64,000 bases of DNA from Nemertoderma westbladi (lineage: Eukaryota; Animalia; Xenacoelomorpha). The notes beneath the pieces were generated by a model that saw only the letters and a program-made list of their open reading frames with translations, did not search any database and was not told the origin of the DNA. How positions within the stretch are numbered: the first letter of the stretch is position 1; each line of letters starts with the position of its first letter. Position numbers and translations under genes: made by a program. The stretch spans positions 124,001-188,000 of the forward strand of contig JAUCBJ010000916.1 in NCBI GenBank assembly GCA_032718475.1, written 5' to 3'. Below are positions 39,846 through 54,800 of this stretch, piece after piece.

Positions 39846-42800
39846 ACTCAATCACATACACCCCCGTCACGCCTATCCTATTACAGGGGCTGGATCACTC
39901 AATCACATACACCCCCGTCACGGCTATCCCATTACAGGGGCTGGATCACTCAATCACATACACCCCCGTCACGCGTATCCTATTACAGGGGCTGGATCAC
40001 TCAATCACATACTCCCCCGTCACGCCTATCCTATTATAGGGGCTGGATCACTCAATCACATACACCCCCGTCACGGCTATCCTATTACACGGGCTGGATC
40101 ACTCAATCACATTCACCCCCGTCACACTATCCTATTACAGGGACTGGATCACTCAATGACATACACCCCCGTCACTCCTATCCTATTACAGGGGCTGGAT
40201 CACTCAATGACATACACCCCCGTCACGCCTATCCTATTACAGGGGCTGGATCACTCAATCACATACACCCCTGTCACACCTATCCTATTACAGGGGCTCG
40301 ATAACTCAATCACATACACCCCCGTCACGCCTATCCTATTACAGGGGCTGGATCACTCAATCACATACACCCCCGTCACGCCTATCCTATTACAGGGGCT
40401 GGATCACTCAATCACATACACCCCCGTCACGCGTATCCTATTACAGGGGCTGGATCACTCAATCACATTCACCCCCGTCACGCCTATCCTATTACAGGGG
40501 CTGGATCACTCAATCACATACACCCCCGTCACGCGTATCCTATTACAGGGGCTGGATCACTCAATCACATTCACCCCCGTCACGCCTATCCTATTACAGG
40601 GGCTGGATCACTCAATCACATACACCCCCGTCACGCCTATCCTATTACAGGGGCTGGATCACTCAATCACATACACCCCCATCACGCCTATCCTATTACA
40701 GGGTCTGGATCACTCAATCACATACACCCCCGTCACGCCTATCCTATTACATGGGCTGGATCACTCAATCACACACACCCCCGTCACGCCTATCCTATTA
40801 CAGGGGCTGGATCACTCAATCACATACACCCCCGTCACGCGTATCCTATTACAGGGGCTGGATCACTCAATCACATTCACCCCCGTCACGCCTATCCTAT
40901 TACAGGGGCTGGATCACTCAATCACATACACCCCCGTCACGCATTTCCTATTACAGGGGCTGTATCACTCAATCACATACACCCCCATCACGCCTATCCT
41001 ATTACAGGGGCTGGATCACTCAATCACATACACCCCCGTCGTCACCCCTATCCTATTACAGGGGCTGGATCACTCAATGACATACACCCCCATCACGCCT
41101 ATCCTATTACAGGGGCTGGATCACTCAATCACATACACCCCCGTCACGCATTTCCTATTACAGGGGCTGTATCACTCAATCACATACACCCCCATCACGC
41201 CTATCCTATTACAGGGGCTGGATCACTCAATCACATACACCCCCGTCACGCCTATCCTATTACAGGGTCTGGATCACTCAATCACATACACCCCCGTCGT
41301 CACCCCTATCCTATTACAGGGGCTGGATCACTCAATGACATACACCCCCATCACGCCTATCCTATTACAGGGGCTGGATCACTTAATGACATACACCCCC
41401 GTCACGCCTATCCGATTACAGGGGCTGGGTCACTCAATCACATACACCCCCGTCACCCCTATCCTATTACAGGGGCTGGGTCACTCAATCACATACACCC
41501 CCGTCACGCCTATCCTATTACAGGGGCTGGGTCACTCAATCACATACACCCCCGTCACGCCTATCCTATTACAGGGGCTGGGTCACTCAATCACATACAC
41601 CCCCGTCACGCCTATCCGATTACAGGGGCTGGATCACTCAATCACATACACCCCCGTCACGCCTATCCTATTACAGGGGCTGGGTCACTCAATCACATAC
41701 ACCCCCGTCACGCCTATCCTATTACAGGGGCTGGGTCACTCAATCACATACACCCCCGTCACCCCTATCCTATTACAGGGGCTGGGTCACTCAATCACAT
41801 ACACCCCCGTCACGCCTATCCTATTACAGGGGCTGGGTCACTCAATCACATACACCCCCGTCACGCCTATCCTATTACATGGGCTGGATCACTCAATCGC
41901 ATACACCCTTATCACGCCTATCCTATTACATGGGCTCGATCATTCAATCACATACACCCCCGTCACTCCTATCCTATTACAGGGGCTGGATCACTCAATC
42001 ACATACACCCCCGTCACGCCTATCCTATTACAGGGGCTGGATCACTCAATCACATACACCCCCGTCACGGCTATCCTATTACAGGGGCTGGATCACTCAA
42101 TCACATACACCCCCGTCACGCCTATCCTATTACAGGGGCTGGATCACTCAATCACATACAGTCCGTCACGCCTATCCTATTACAGGGGCTGGATCATTCA
42201 ATCACATACACCCCCGTCACGCCTATCCTATTACAGGGGCTGGATCACTCAATCACATACACCCCCGTCACGCCTATCCTATTACAGGGGCTGTATCACT
42301 CAATCACATACACCCCCGTCACGCCTATCCTATTACAGGGGCTCGATAACTCAATCACACACACCCCCATCACGCCTATCCTATTACAGGGTCTGGATCA
42401 CTCAATCACATACACCCCCGTCACGCCTATCCTATTACAGGGGCTCGATAACTCAATCACATACACCCCCGTCACGCATATCCTATTACAGAGGCTGGAT
42501 CACTCAATCGCATACACCCCCATCACGCCTATCCTATTACATGGGCTGGATCAATCAATCACATACTCCCCCGTCACGCCTATCCTATTACAGGGGCTGG
42601 ATCACTCAATCACATACACCCCCGTCACCCCTATCCTATTACAGGGGCTGGATCACTCAATCACATACACCCCCGTCACGCATTTCATATTACAGGGGCT
42701 GGATCACTCAATCACATACACCCCCGTCACGCCTATCCTATTACAGGGTCTGGATCACTCAATCACATACACCCCGGTCACGCCTATCCTATTACAGGGG

Positions 42801-45800
42801 CTGGATCACTCAATCACATACACCCCCGTCACGCCTATCCTATTACAGGGGCTGGATCATTCAATCACATACACCCCCGTCACGCCTATCCTATTACAGG
42901 GGCTGGATCACTCAATCACATACACCCCCGTCACGCCTATCCTATTACAGGGGCTGGATCACTCAATCACATACACCCGCGTCACGGCTATCCCATTACA
43001 GGGGCTGGATCACTCAATCACATACACCCCCGTCACGCGTATCCTATTACAGGGGCTGGATCACTCAATCACATACTCCCCCGTCACGCCTATCCTATTA
43101 CAGGGTCTGGATCACTCAATCACACACACCCCCGTCACGCATTTCATATTACAGGGGCTGGATCACTCAATCACATACACCCCCGTCACGCCTATCCTAT
43201 TACAGGGTCTGGATCACTCAATCACATACACCCCGGTCACGCCTATCCTATTACAGGGGCTGGATCACTCAATCACATACACCCCCGTCACGCCTATCCT
43301 ATTACAGGGGCTGGATCATTCAATCACATACACCCCCGTCACGCCTATCCTATTACAGGGGCTGGATCACTCAATCACATACACCCCCGTCACGCCTATC
43401 CTATTACAGGGGCTGGATCACTCAATCACATACACCCGCGTCACGGCTATCCCATTACAGGGGCTGGATCACTCAATCACATACACCCCCGTCACGCGTA
43501 TCCTATTACAGGGGCTGGATCACTCAATCACATACTCCCCCGTCACGCCTATCCTATTATAGGGGCTGGATCACTCAATCACATACACCCCCGTCACGGC
43601 TATCCTATTACAGGGGCTGGATCACTCAATCACATACACCCCCGTCACGGCTATCCTATTACAGGGACTAGATCACTCAATGACATACACCCCCGTCATT
43701 CCTATCCTATTACAGGGGCTGGATCACTCAATGACATACACCCCCGTCACGCCTATCCTATTACAGGGGCTGGATCACTCAATCACATACACCCCCGTCA
43801 CGCCTATCCTATTACAGGGGCTGGATCACTCAATCACATACACCCCCGTCACGCCTATCCTATTACAGGGGCTGGATCACTCAATCACATACACCCCCGT
43901 TACGCCTATCCTATTACAGGGGCTGGATCACTCAATCACATACACCCCCGTCACGCCTATCCTATTACAGGGGCTGGATCACTCAATCACATACACCCCC
44001 GTCACGCCTATCATATTACAGGGGCTGGATCACTCAATCACATACACCACCGTCACCCCTATCCTATTACAGGGGCTGGATCACTCAATCACAAACACCC
44101 CCGTCACGGCTATCCTATTACAGGGTGAGATCACTCAATCACATACACCCTGTCACGCATTTCCTATTACAGGGGCTGGATCACTCAATCACATACACCC
44201 CCGCCACGCCTATCCTATTACAGGGGCTGGATCACTCAATCACATACACCCCCGTTACGCCTATCCTATTACAGGGGCTGGATCACTCAATCACATACAC
44301 CCCCGTCACGCCTATCCTATTACAGGGGCTGGATCACTCAATCACATACACCCCCGTCACGCCTATCATATTACAGGGGCTGGATCACTCAATCACATAC
44401 ACCACCGTCACCCCTATCCTATTACAGGGGCTGGATCACTCAATCACAAACACCCCCGTCACGGCTATCCTATTACAGGGTGAGATCACTCAATCACATA
44501 CACCCTGTCACGCATTTCCTATTACAGGGGCTGGATCACTCAATCACATACACCCCCGTCACGCCTATCCTATTACAGGGGCTGGATCACTCAATCACAT
44601 ACACCCCCGTTACGCCTATCCTATTACAGGGGCTGGATCACTCAATCACATACACCCCCGTCACGCCTATCCTATTACAGGGGCTGGATCACTCAATCAC
44701 ATACACCCCCGTCACGCCTATCATATTACAGGGGCTGGATCACTCAATCACATACACCACCGTCACCCCTATCCTATTACAGGGGCTGGATCACTCAATC
44801 ACAAACACCCCCGTCACGGCTATCCTATTACAGGGTGAGATCACTCAATCACATACACCCTGTCACGCATTTCCTATTACAGGGGCTGGATCACTCAATC
44901 ACATACACCCCCGCCACGCCTATCCTATTACAGGGTCTGGATCACTCAATCACATACACCCCAGTCACGCCTATCCTATTACAGGGGCTGGATCACTCAA
45001 TCACATACAGTCCGTCACGCCTATCCTATTACAGGGGCTGGATCATTCAATCACATACATCCCCGTCACGCCTATCCTATTACAGGGGCTGGATCACTCA
45101 ATCACATACACCCCCGTCACGCCTATCCTATTACAGGGGCTGTATCACTCAATCACATACACCCCCGTCACGCCTATCCTATTACAGGGGCTCGATAACT
45201 CAATCACACACACCCCCGTCACGCCTATCCTATTACAGGGTCTGGATCACTCAATCACATACACCCCCGTCACGCATATCCTATTACAGGGGCTCGATAA
45301 CTCAATCACACACACCCCCGTCGCGCCTATCCTATTACATGGGCTGGATCACTCATCACATACACCCCGGTCACGCCTATCCTATTACAGGGGCTGGATC
45401 ACTCAATCACATACACCCCCGTCACGCCTATCCTATTACAGGGGATGGATCATTCAATCACATACACCCCCGTCACACCTATCCTATTACAGGGGCTGGA
45501 TCACTCAATCACATACACCCCCGTCACGGCTATCCTATTACAGGGGCTGGATGACTCAATCACATAGACCCCCGTCACGCCTATCCTATTACAGGGGCTG
45601 GATCACTCAATCACATACACCCCCGTCACGCCTATCCTATTACAGGGACTGGATCACTCAATCGCATACACCCCCCCCCCCCCCCATCACGCCTATCCTA
45701 TTACATGGGCTGGATCACTCAATCACATACTCCCCCGTCACGCCTATCCTATTACAGGGGCTGGATCACTCAATCACATACACCCCCGTCACCCCTATCC

Positions 45801-48800
45801 TATTACAGGGGCTGGATCACTCAATCACATACACCCCCGTCACGGCTATCCTATTACAGAGTCTGGATCACTCAATCACATACACCCCCGTCACGCATTT
45901 CCTATTACAGGGGCTGGATCACTCAATCACATACACCCCCGTCACGCCTATCCTATTACAGGGTCTGGATCACTCAATCACATACACCCCCGTCACGGCT
46001 ATCCTATTACAGGGGCTGGATCACTCAATCACATACACCCCCGTCACGCCTATCCTATTACAGGGGCTGGATCACTCAATCACATACACCCCCGTCACGC
46101 ATATCCTATTACAGGGGGTGGATCACTCAATCGCATACACCCTCATCACGCCTATCCTATTACATGGGCTGGATCACTCAATCACATACTCCCCCGTCAC
46201 GCCTATCCAATTACAGGGGCTGGATCTCTCAATCACATACACCCCCGTCACCCCTATCCTATTACAGGGGCTGGATCACTCAATCACATACACCCCCGTC
46301 ACGGCTATCCTATTACAGGGTCTGCATCACTCAATCACATACACCCCCGTCACGCATTTCCTATTACAGGGCTGGATCACTCAATCACATACACCCCCGT
46401 CACGCCTATCCTATTACAGGGTCTGGATCACTCAATCACATACACCCCGGTCACGCCTATCCTATTACAGGGGCTGGATCACTCAATCACATACAGTCCG
46501 TCACGCCTATCCTATTACAGGGGCTCGATAACTCAATCACATACACCCCCGTCGCGCCTATCCTATTACATGGGCTGGATCATTCAATCACATACACCCC
46601 CGTCACGCCTATCCTATTACATGGGCTGGATCACTCAATCACATACACCCCCGTCACGCCTATCCTATTACAGGGGATGGATCATTCAATCACATACACC
46701 CCGGTCACGCCTATCCTATTACAGGGGCTCGATAACTCAATCACACACACCCCCGTCACGCCTATCCTATTACAGTGTCTGGATCACTCAATCACATACA
46801 CCCCCGTCACGCCTATCCTATTACAGGGGCTCGATAACTCAATCACATACACCCCCGTCGCGCCTATCCTATTACATGGGCTGGATCACTCAATCACATA
46901 CACCCCCGTCACGCCTATCCTATTACATGGGCTGGATCACTCAATCACATACACCCCCGTCACGCCTATCCTATTACAGGGGCTCGATAACTCAATCACA
47001 CACACCCCCGTCACGCCTATCCTATTACAGTGTCTGGATCACTCAATCACATACACCCCCGTCACGCCTATCCTATTACAGGGGCTCGATAACTCAATCA
47101 CACACACCCCCGTCACGCCTATCCTATTACAGTGTCTGGATCACTCAATCACATACACCCCCGTCACGCCTATCCTATTACAGGGGCTCGATAACTCAAT
47201 CACATACACCCCCGTCGCGCCTATCCTATTACATGGGCTGGATCACTCAATCACATACACCCCCGTCACGCCTATCCTATTACATGGGCTGGATCACTCA
47301 ATCACATACACCCCCGTCACGCCTATCCTATTACAGGGGATGGATCATTCAATCACATACACCCCGGTCACGCCTATCCTATTACAGAGGCTGGATCACT
47401 CAATCACATACACTCCGTCACGCCTATCCTATTACAGGGGCTGGATCATTCAATCTCATAAACCCCCGTCACGCCTATTCTATTACAGGGGCTGAATCAC
47501 TCAATCACATACACCCCCGTCACGGCTATCCTATTACAGGGGCTGGATCACTCAATCACATACACCCCCGTCACGCCTATCATATTACAGGGGCTGGATC
47601 TCTCAATCACATACACCCCCGTCACGCCTATCCTATTACAGGGGCTGTATCACTCAATCACATACACCCATGTCACGGCTATCCTATTACAGGTGCTGGA
47701 TCACTCAATCACATACACCCCCGTCACGCCTATCCTATTACAGGGGCTGGATCACTCAATCACACACACCCCCGTCACGGCTATCCTATTACAGGGTCTG
47801 GATCACTCAATCCCATACACCCCCACCACGCCTATCCTATTACAGGGGCTGTATCACTCAATCACATACACCCATGTCACGGCTATCCTATTACAGGGGC
47901 TGGATCACTCAATCACATACACCCCCGTCACGCCTATCATATTACAGGGGCTGGATCTCTCAATCACATACACCCCCGTCACGCCTATCCTATTACAGGG
48001 GCTGTATCACTCAATCACATACACCCCCGTCACGGCTATCCTATTACAGGGGCTGGATCACTCAATCACATACACCCCCGTCACGCCTATCATATTACAG
48101 GGGCTGGATCTCTCAATCACATACACCCCCGTCACGCCTATCCTATTACAGGGGCTGTATCACTCAATCACATACACCCATGTCACGGCTATCCTATTAC
48201 AGGTGCTGGATCACTCAATCACATACACCCCCGTCACGCCTATCCTATTACAGGGGCTGGATCACTCAATCACACACACCCCCGTCACGGCTATCCTATT
48301 ACAGGGTCTGGATCACTCAATCCCATACACCCCCACCACGCCTATCCTATTACAGGGGCTGTATCACGCAATCACATCCACCCCCGTCACGCCTATCCGA
48401 TTACAGGGGCTGGATCACTCAATCACATACACCCCCGTCACGCCTATCCTATTACAGGGGCTGGATCACTCAATCACATACACCCCCGTCACCCCTATCC
48501 TATTACTGGGGCTGGATCACTCAATCACATACACCCCCGTCACGGCTATCATATTACAGGGGCTGTATCACTCAATCACATACACCCCCGTCACGCCTAT
48601 CCTATTACTGGGGCTGGATCACTCAATCACATACACCCCCGTCACGGCTATCATATTACGGGGGCTGGATTACTCAATCACATACACCCCCGTCACGCCT
48701 ATCCTATTACAGGGGCTGTATCACTCAATCACATACACCCCCGTCACGCCTATCCTATTACAGGGGCTGGATTACTCAATCACATACACCCCCGTCACGG

Positions 48801-51800
48801 CTATCCTATTACAGGGGCTGGATCACTCAATCACATACACCCCGTCACGCCTATCCTATTACAGGGGCTGGATCACTCAATCACATAGACCCCCGTCACG
48901 CCTATCCTATTACAGGGGCTGGATCACTCAATCACATACACCCCGGTCACGCCTATCCTATTACAGGGGCTGGATCATTCAATCACATACACCCCCGTCA
49001 CGCCTATCCTATTACAGGGTCTGCATCACTCAATCACATACACCCCCGTCACGCTTTTCCTATTACAGGGGCTGGATCACTCAATCGCATACACCCCCGT
49101 CACGCCTATCCTATTACAGGGTCTGGATCACTCAATCACATACACCCCGGTCACGCCTATCCTATTACAGGGGCTGGATCACTCAATCACATACAGTCCG
49201 TCACGCCTATCCTATTACAGGGGCTGGATCATTCAATCACATACACCCCCGTCACGCCTATCCTATTACTGGGGCTGGATCACTCAATCACATACACCTC
49301 CGTCACGCCTATCCTATTACAGGGGCTGTATCACTCAATCACATACACCCCCGTCACGCCTATCCTATTACAGGGGCTCGATAACTCAATCACACACACC
49401 CCCGTCACGCCTATCCTATTACAGGGTCTGGATCACTCAATCACATACACCCCCATCACGCCTATCCTATTACAGGGGCTCGATAACTCAATCACACACA
49501 CCCCCGACGCGCCTATCCTATTACATGGGCTGGATCACTCAATCACATACACCCCGGTCACGCCTATCCTATTACAGGGGTTGGATCACTCAATCACATA
49601 CTCCCCCGTCACGCCTATCCTATTACAGAGGATGGATCATTCAATCACATACACCCCCGTCACGCCTATCCTATTACAGGGGCTGGATCACTCAATCACA
49701 TACACCCCCGTCACGGCTATCCTATTACAGGGGCTGGATCACTCAATCACATACACCCCCGTCACGCCTATCCTATTACAGGGGCTGGATCACTCAATCA
49801 CATACACCCCCGTCACGCCTATCCTATTACAGGGGCTGGATCACTCAATCGCATACACCCCCATCACGCCTATCCTATTACATGGGCTGGATCAATCAAT
49901 CACATACTCCCCCGTCACGCCTATCCTATTACAGGGGCTGGATCACTCAATCACATACACCCCCGTCACCCCTATCCTATTACAGGGGCTGGATCACTCA
50001 CTCACATACACCCCCGTCATGGCTATCCTATTACAGGGTCTGGATCACTCAATCACATACACCCCCGTCACGCATTTCCTATTACAGGGGCTGGATCACT
50101 CAATCACATGCACCCCTGTCACGCCTATCCTATTACAGGGTCTGGATCACTCAATCACATACACCCCCGTCACGCATTTCCTATTACAGGGGCTGGATCA
50201 CTCAATCACATACACCCCGGTCACGCCTATCCTATTACAGGGGCTGGATCACTCAATCACATACAGTCCGTCACGCCTATCCTATTACAGGGGATGGATC
50301 ATTCAATCACATACACCCCTGTCACGCCTATCCTATTACAGGGGCTGGATCACTCAATCACATACACCCCCGTCACGCCTATCCTATTACAGGTGCTGTA
50401 TCACTCAATCACATACACCCCGTCACGCCTATCCTATTACAGGGGTTCGATAACTCAATCACACACACCCCCGTCACGCCTATCCTATTACAGGGTCTGG
50501 ATCACTCAATCACATACATCCCCGTCACGCCTATCCTATTACAGGGGCTCGATAACTCAATCACACACACCCCTGTCGCGCCTATCCTATTACATGGGCT
50601 GGATCACTCAATCACATACACCCCCGTCACGGCTATCCCATTACAGGGGCTGGATCACTCAATCACATACACCCCCGTCACGCCTATCCTATTACAGGGG
50701 CTGGATCACTCAATCACATACTCCCTCGTCACGCCTATCCTATTATAGGGGCTGGATCACTCAATCACATACACCCCCGTCACGGCTATCCTATTACAGG
50801 GGCTGGATCACTCAATCACATACACCCCCGTCACACTATCCTATTACAGGGACTGGATCACTCAATGAAATACACCCCCGTCACTCCTATCCTATTACAG
50901 GGGCTGGATCACTCAATCACATACACCCCCATCACGCCTATCCTATTACAGGGGCTGGATCACGCAATCACATACACCCCCGTCACGCATTCCCTATTAC
51001 AGGGGCTGAATCACTCAATCACATACACCCCCGTCACGGCTATCCTATTACAGGGGCTGGATCACTCAATCACATACACCCCCGTCGCGCCTGTCCTATT
51101 ACAGGAGCTGGATCACTCAATCACATACACCCCCGTCACGCCTATCATATTACAGGGGCTGGATCACTCAATCACATACTCCCCCGTTACGGCTATCCTA
51201 TTACAGGGGCTGGATCACTCAATCACATACACCCCCGTCACGCCTATCCTATTACAGGGGCTCGATAACTCAATCACACACACCCCCGTCACGCCTATCC
51301 TATTACAGGGGCTGGATCACTCAATCACATACACCCCCGTCACGCCTATCCTATTACAGGGGCTGTATCACTCAATCACACACACCCCCGTCACGGCTAT
51401 CCTATTACAGGGGCTGGATCACTCAATCACATACACCCCCGTCACGCCTATCCTATTACAGGGGCTCGATAACTCAATCACACACACCCCCGTCACGCCT
51501 ATCCTATTACAGGGGCTGGATCATTCAATCACATAAACCCCCGTCACGCCTATCCTATTACAGGGGCTGGATCACTCAATCACATACACCCCCGTCACGC
51601 ATTTCCTATTACAGGGGCTGGATCATTCAATCACATACACCCCGGTCACCCCTATCCTATTACAGGGGCTGGATCACTCAATCACATGCACCCCCGTCAC
51701 GCCTATCCTATTACAGGGTCTGGATCACTCAATCACATACACCCCCGTCACGCATTTCCTATTACAGGGGCTGGATCACTCAATCACATACACCCCGGTC

Positions 51801-54800
51801 ACGCCTATCCTATTACAGGGGCTGGATCACTCAATCACATACACTCCGTCACGCCTATCCTATTACAGGGGCTGGATCATTCAATCACATAAACCCCCGT
51901 CACGCCTATCCTATTACAGGGGCTGAATCACTCAATCACATACACCCCCGTCACGGCTATCCTATTACAGGGGCTGGATCACTCAATCACATACACCCCC
52001 GTCGCGCCTGTCCTATTACAGGAGCTGGATCACTCAATCACATACACCCCCGTCACGCCTATCATATTACAGGGGCTGGATATTTCAATCACATACACCC
52101 CCGTCACGCCTATCCTATTACAGGGGCTGGATCACTCAATCACATACACTCCGTCACGCCTATCCTATTACAGGGGCTGGATCATTCAATCACATAAACC
52201 CCCGTCACGCCTATCCTATTACAGGGGCTCGATAACTCAATCACACACACCCCCGTCACGCCTATCCTATTACAGGGGCTGGATCACTCAATCACATACA
52301 CTCCGTCACGCCTATCCTATTACAGGGGCTCGATAACTCAATCACACACACCCCCGTCACGCCTATCCTATTACAGGGGCTGGATCACTCAATCACATAC
52401 ACTCCGTCACGCCTATCCTATTACAGGGGCTGGATATTTCAATCACATAAACCCCCGTCACGCCTATCCTATTACAGGGGCTGGATCACTCAATCACACA
52501 CACCCCCGTCACGCCTATCCTATTACAGGGGCTGGATCACTCAATCACATACACTCCGTCACGCCTATCCTATTACAGGGGCTGGATCATTCAATCACAT
52601 AAACCCCCGTCACGCCTATCCTATTACAGGGGCTGGATCATTCAATCACATACACCCCCGTCACGCCTATCCTATTACAGGGGCTGGATCACTCAATCAC
52701 ATACTCCCCCGTCACGCCTATCCTATTACAGGGTCTGGATCACTCAATCACACACACCCCCGTCACGCCTATCCTATTACAGGGGCTGGATCACTCAATC
52801 ACACACACCCCCGTCACGCCTATCCGATTACAGGGGCTGGATCACTCAATCACATACACCCCCGTCACGCCTATCCTATTACAGGGGCTGGATCACTCAA
52901 TCACATACTCCCCCGTCACGCCTATCCTATTACAGGGGCTGGATCACTCAATCACATACACCCCCGTCACCCCTATCCTATTACAGGGGCTGGATCACTC
53001 AATCACATACACCCCCGTCACGCTTATCCTATTACAGGGGCTGGATCACTCAATCACATACACCCCCGTCACGGCTATCCTATTACAGGGGCTGGATCAC
53101 TCAATCACATACTCCCCCGTCACGCCTATCCTATTACAGGGGCTGGATCACTCAATCACATACACCCCCGTCACCCCTATCCTATTACAGGGGCTGGATC
53201 ACTCAATCACATACACCCCCGTCACGCTTATCCTATTACAGGGGCTGGATCACTCAATCACATACACCCCCGTCACGCCTATCCTATTACAGGGGCTGGA
53301 TCACTCAATCACATACTCCCCCGTCACGCCTATCCTATTACAGGGGCTGGATCACTCAATCACATACACCCCCGTCACCCCTATCCTATTACAGGGGCTG
53401 GATCACTCAATCACATACACCCCCGTCACGCTTATCCTATTACAGGGGCTGGATCACTCAATCACACACACCCCCGTCACGCCTATCCTATTACAGGGGC
53501 TGAATCACTCAATCACATACACCCCCGTCACGCCTATCCTATTACAGGGGCTGGATCACTCAATCACATACACCCCCGTCACGGCTATCCTATTACAGGG
53601 GCTGGATCACTCAATCACATACACCCCCATCACACTATCCTATTACAGGGACTGGATCACTCAATGAAATACACCCCCGTCACTCCTATCCTATTACAGG
53701 GGCTGGATCACTCAATCACATACACCCCCATCACGCATATCCTATTACAGGGGCTGGATCACGCAATCACATACACCCCCGTCACGCATTTCCTATTACA
53801 GGGGCTCGATAACTCAATCACACACACCCCCGTCACGCCTATCCTATTACATGGGCTGGATCACTCAATCACACACACCCCCGTCACGCCTATCCTATTA
53901 CAGGGGCTGGATCATTCAATCAAATACACCCCCGTCATGCCTCTCCTATTACAGGGGCTCGATAACTCAATCACACACACCCCCGTCACGCCTATCCTAT
54001 TACATGGGCTGGATCACTCAATCACACACACCCCCGTAACGCCTATCCTATTACAGGGGCTGGATCATTCAATCACATACACCCCCGTCATGCCTCTCCT
54101 ATTACAGGGGCTGGATCACTCAATCACATACACCCCCGTCACGCCTATCTTATTACAGGGGCTGGATCATTCAATCACATACACCCCCGTCACGCCTATC
54201 CTATTACATGGGCTGGATCACTAAATCACATACACCCCCGTCACGCCTATCCTATTACAGGGTCTGGATTACTCAATCACATACACCCCGGTCATGCCTA
54301 TCATATTACAGGGGCTGGATCACTCAATCACATACACCGCCGTAACGCCTATCCTATTACAGGGGCTGGATCATTCAATCACATACACCCCCGTCACGCC
54401 TATCCTATTACAGGGGCTGGATCACTCAATCACATACACCCCCGTCACGCCTATCCTATTACGGGGGCTGGATCATTCAATCACATACACCCCCGTCACG
54501 CCCATCCTATTACATGGGCTGGATCACTAAATCACATACACCCCCGTCACGCCTATCCTATTACAGGGGCTGGATCATTCAATCACATACACCCCCGTCA
54601 CGCCTATCCTATTACAGGGGCTGGATCACTCAATCACATACTCCCTCGTCACGCCTATCCTATTATAGGGGCTGGATCACTCAATCACATACACCCCCGT
54701 CACGGCTATCCTATTACAGGGGCTGGATCACTCAATCACATACACCCCCATCACACTATCCTATTACAGGGACTGGATCACTCAATGAAATACACCCCCG

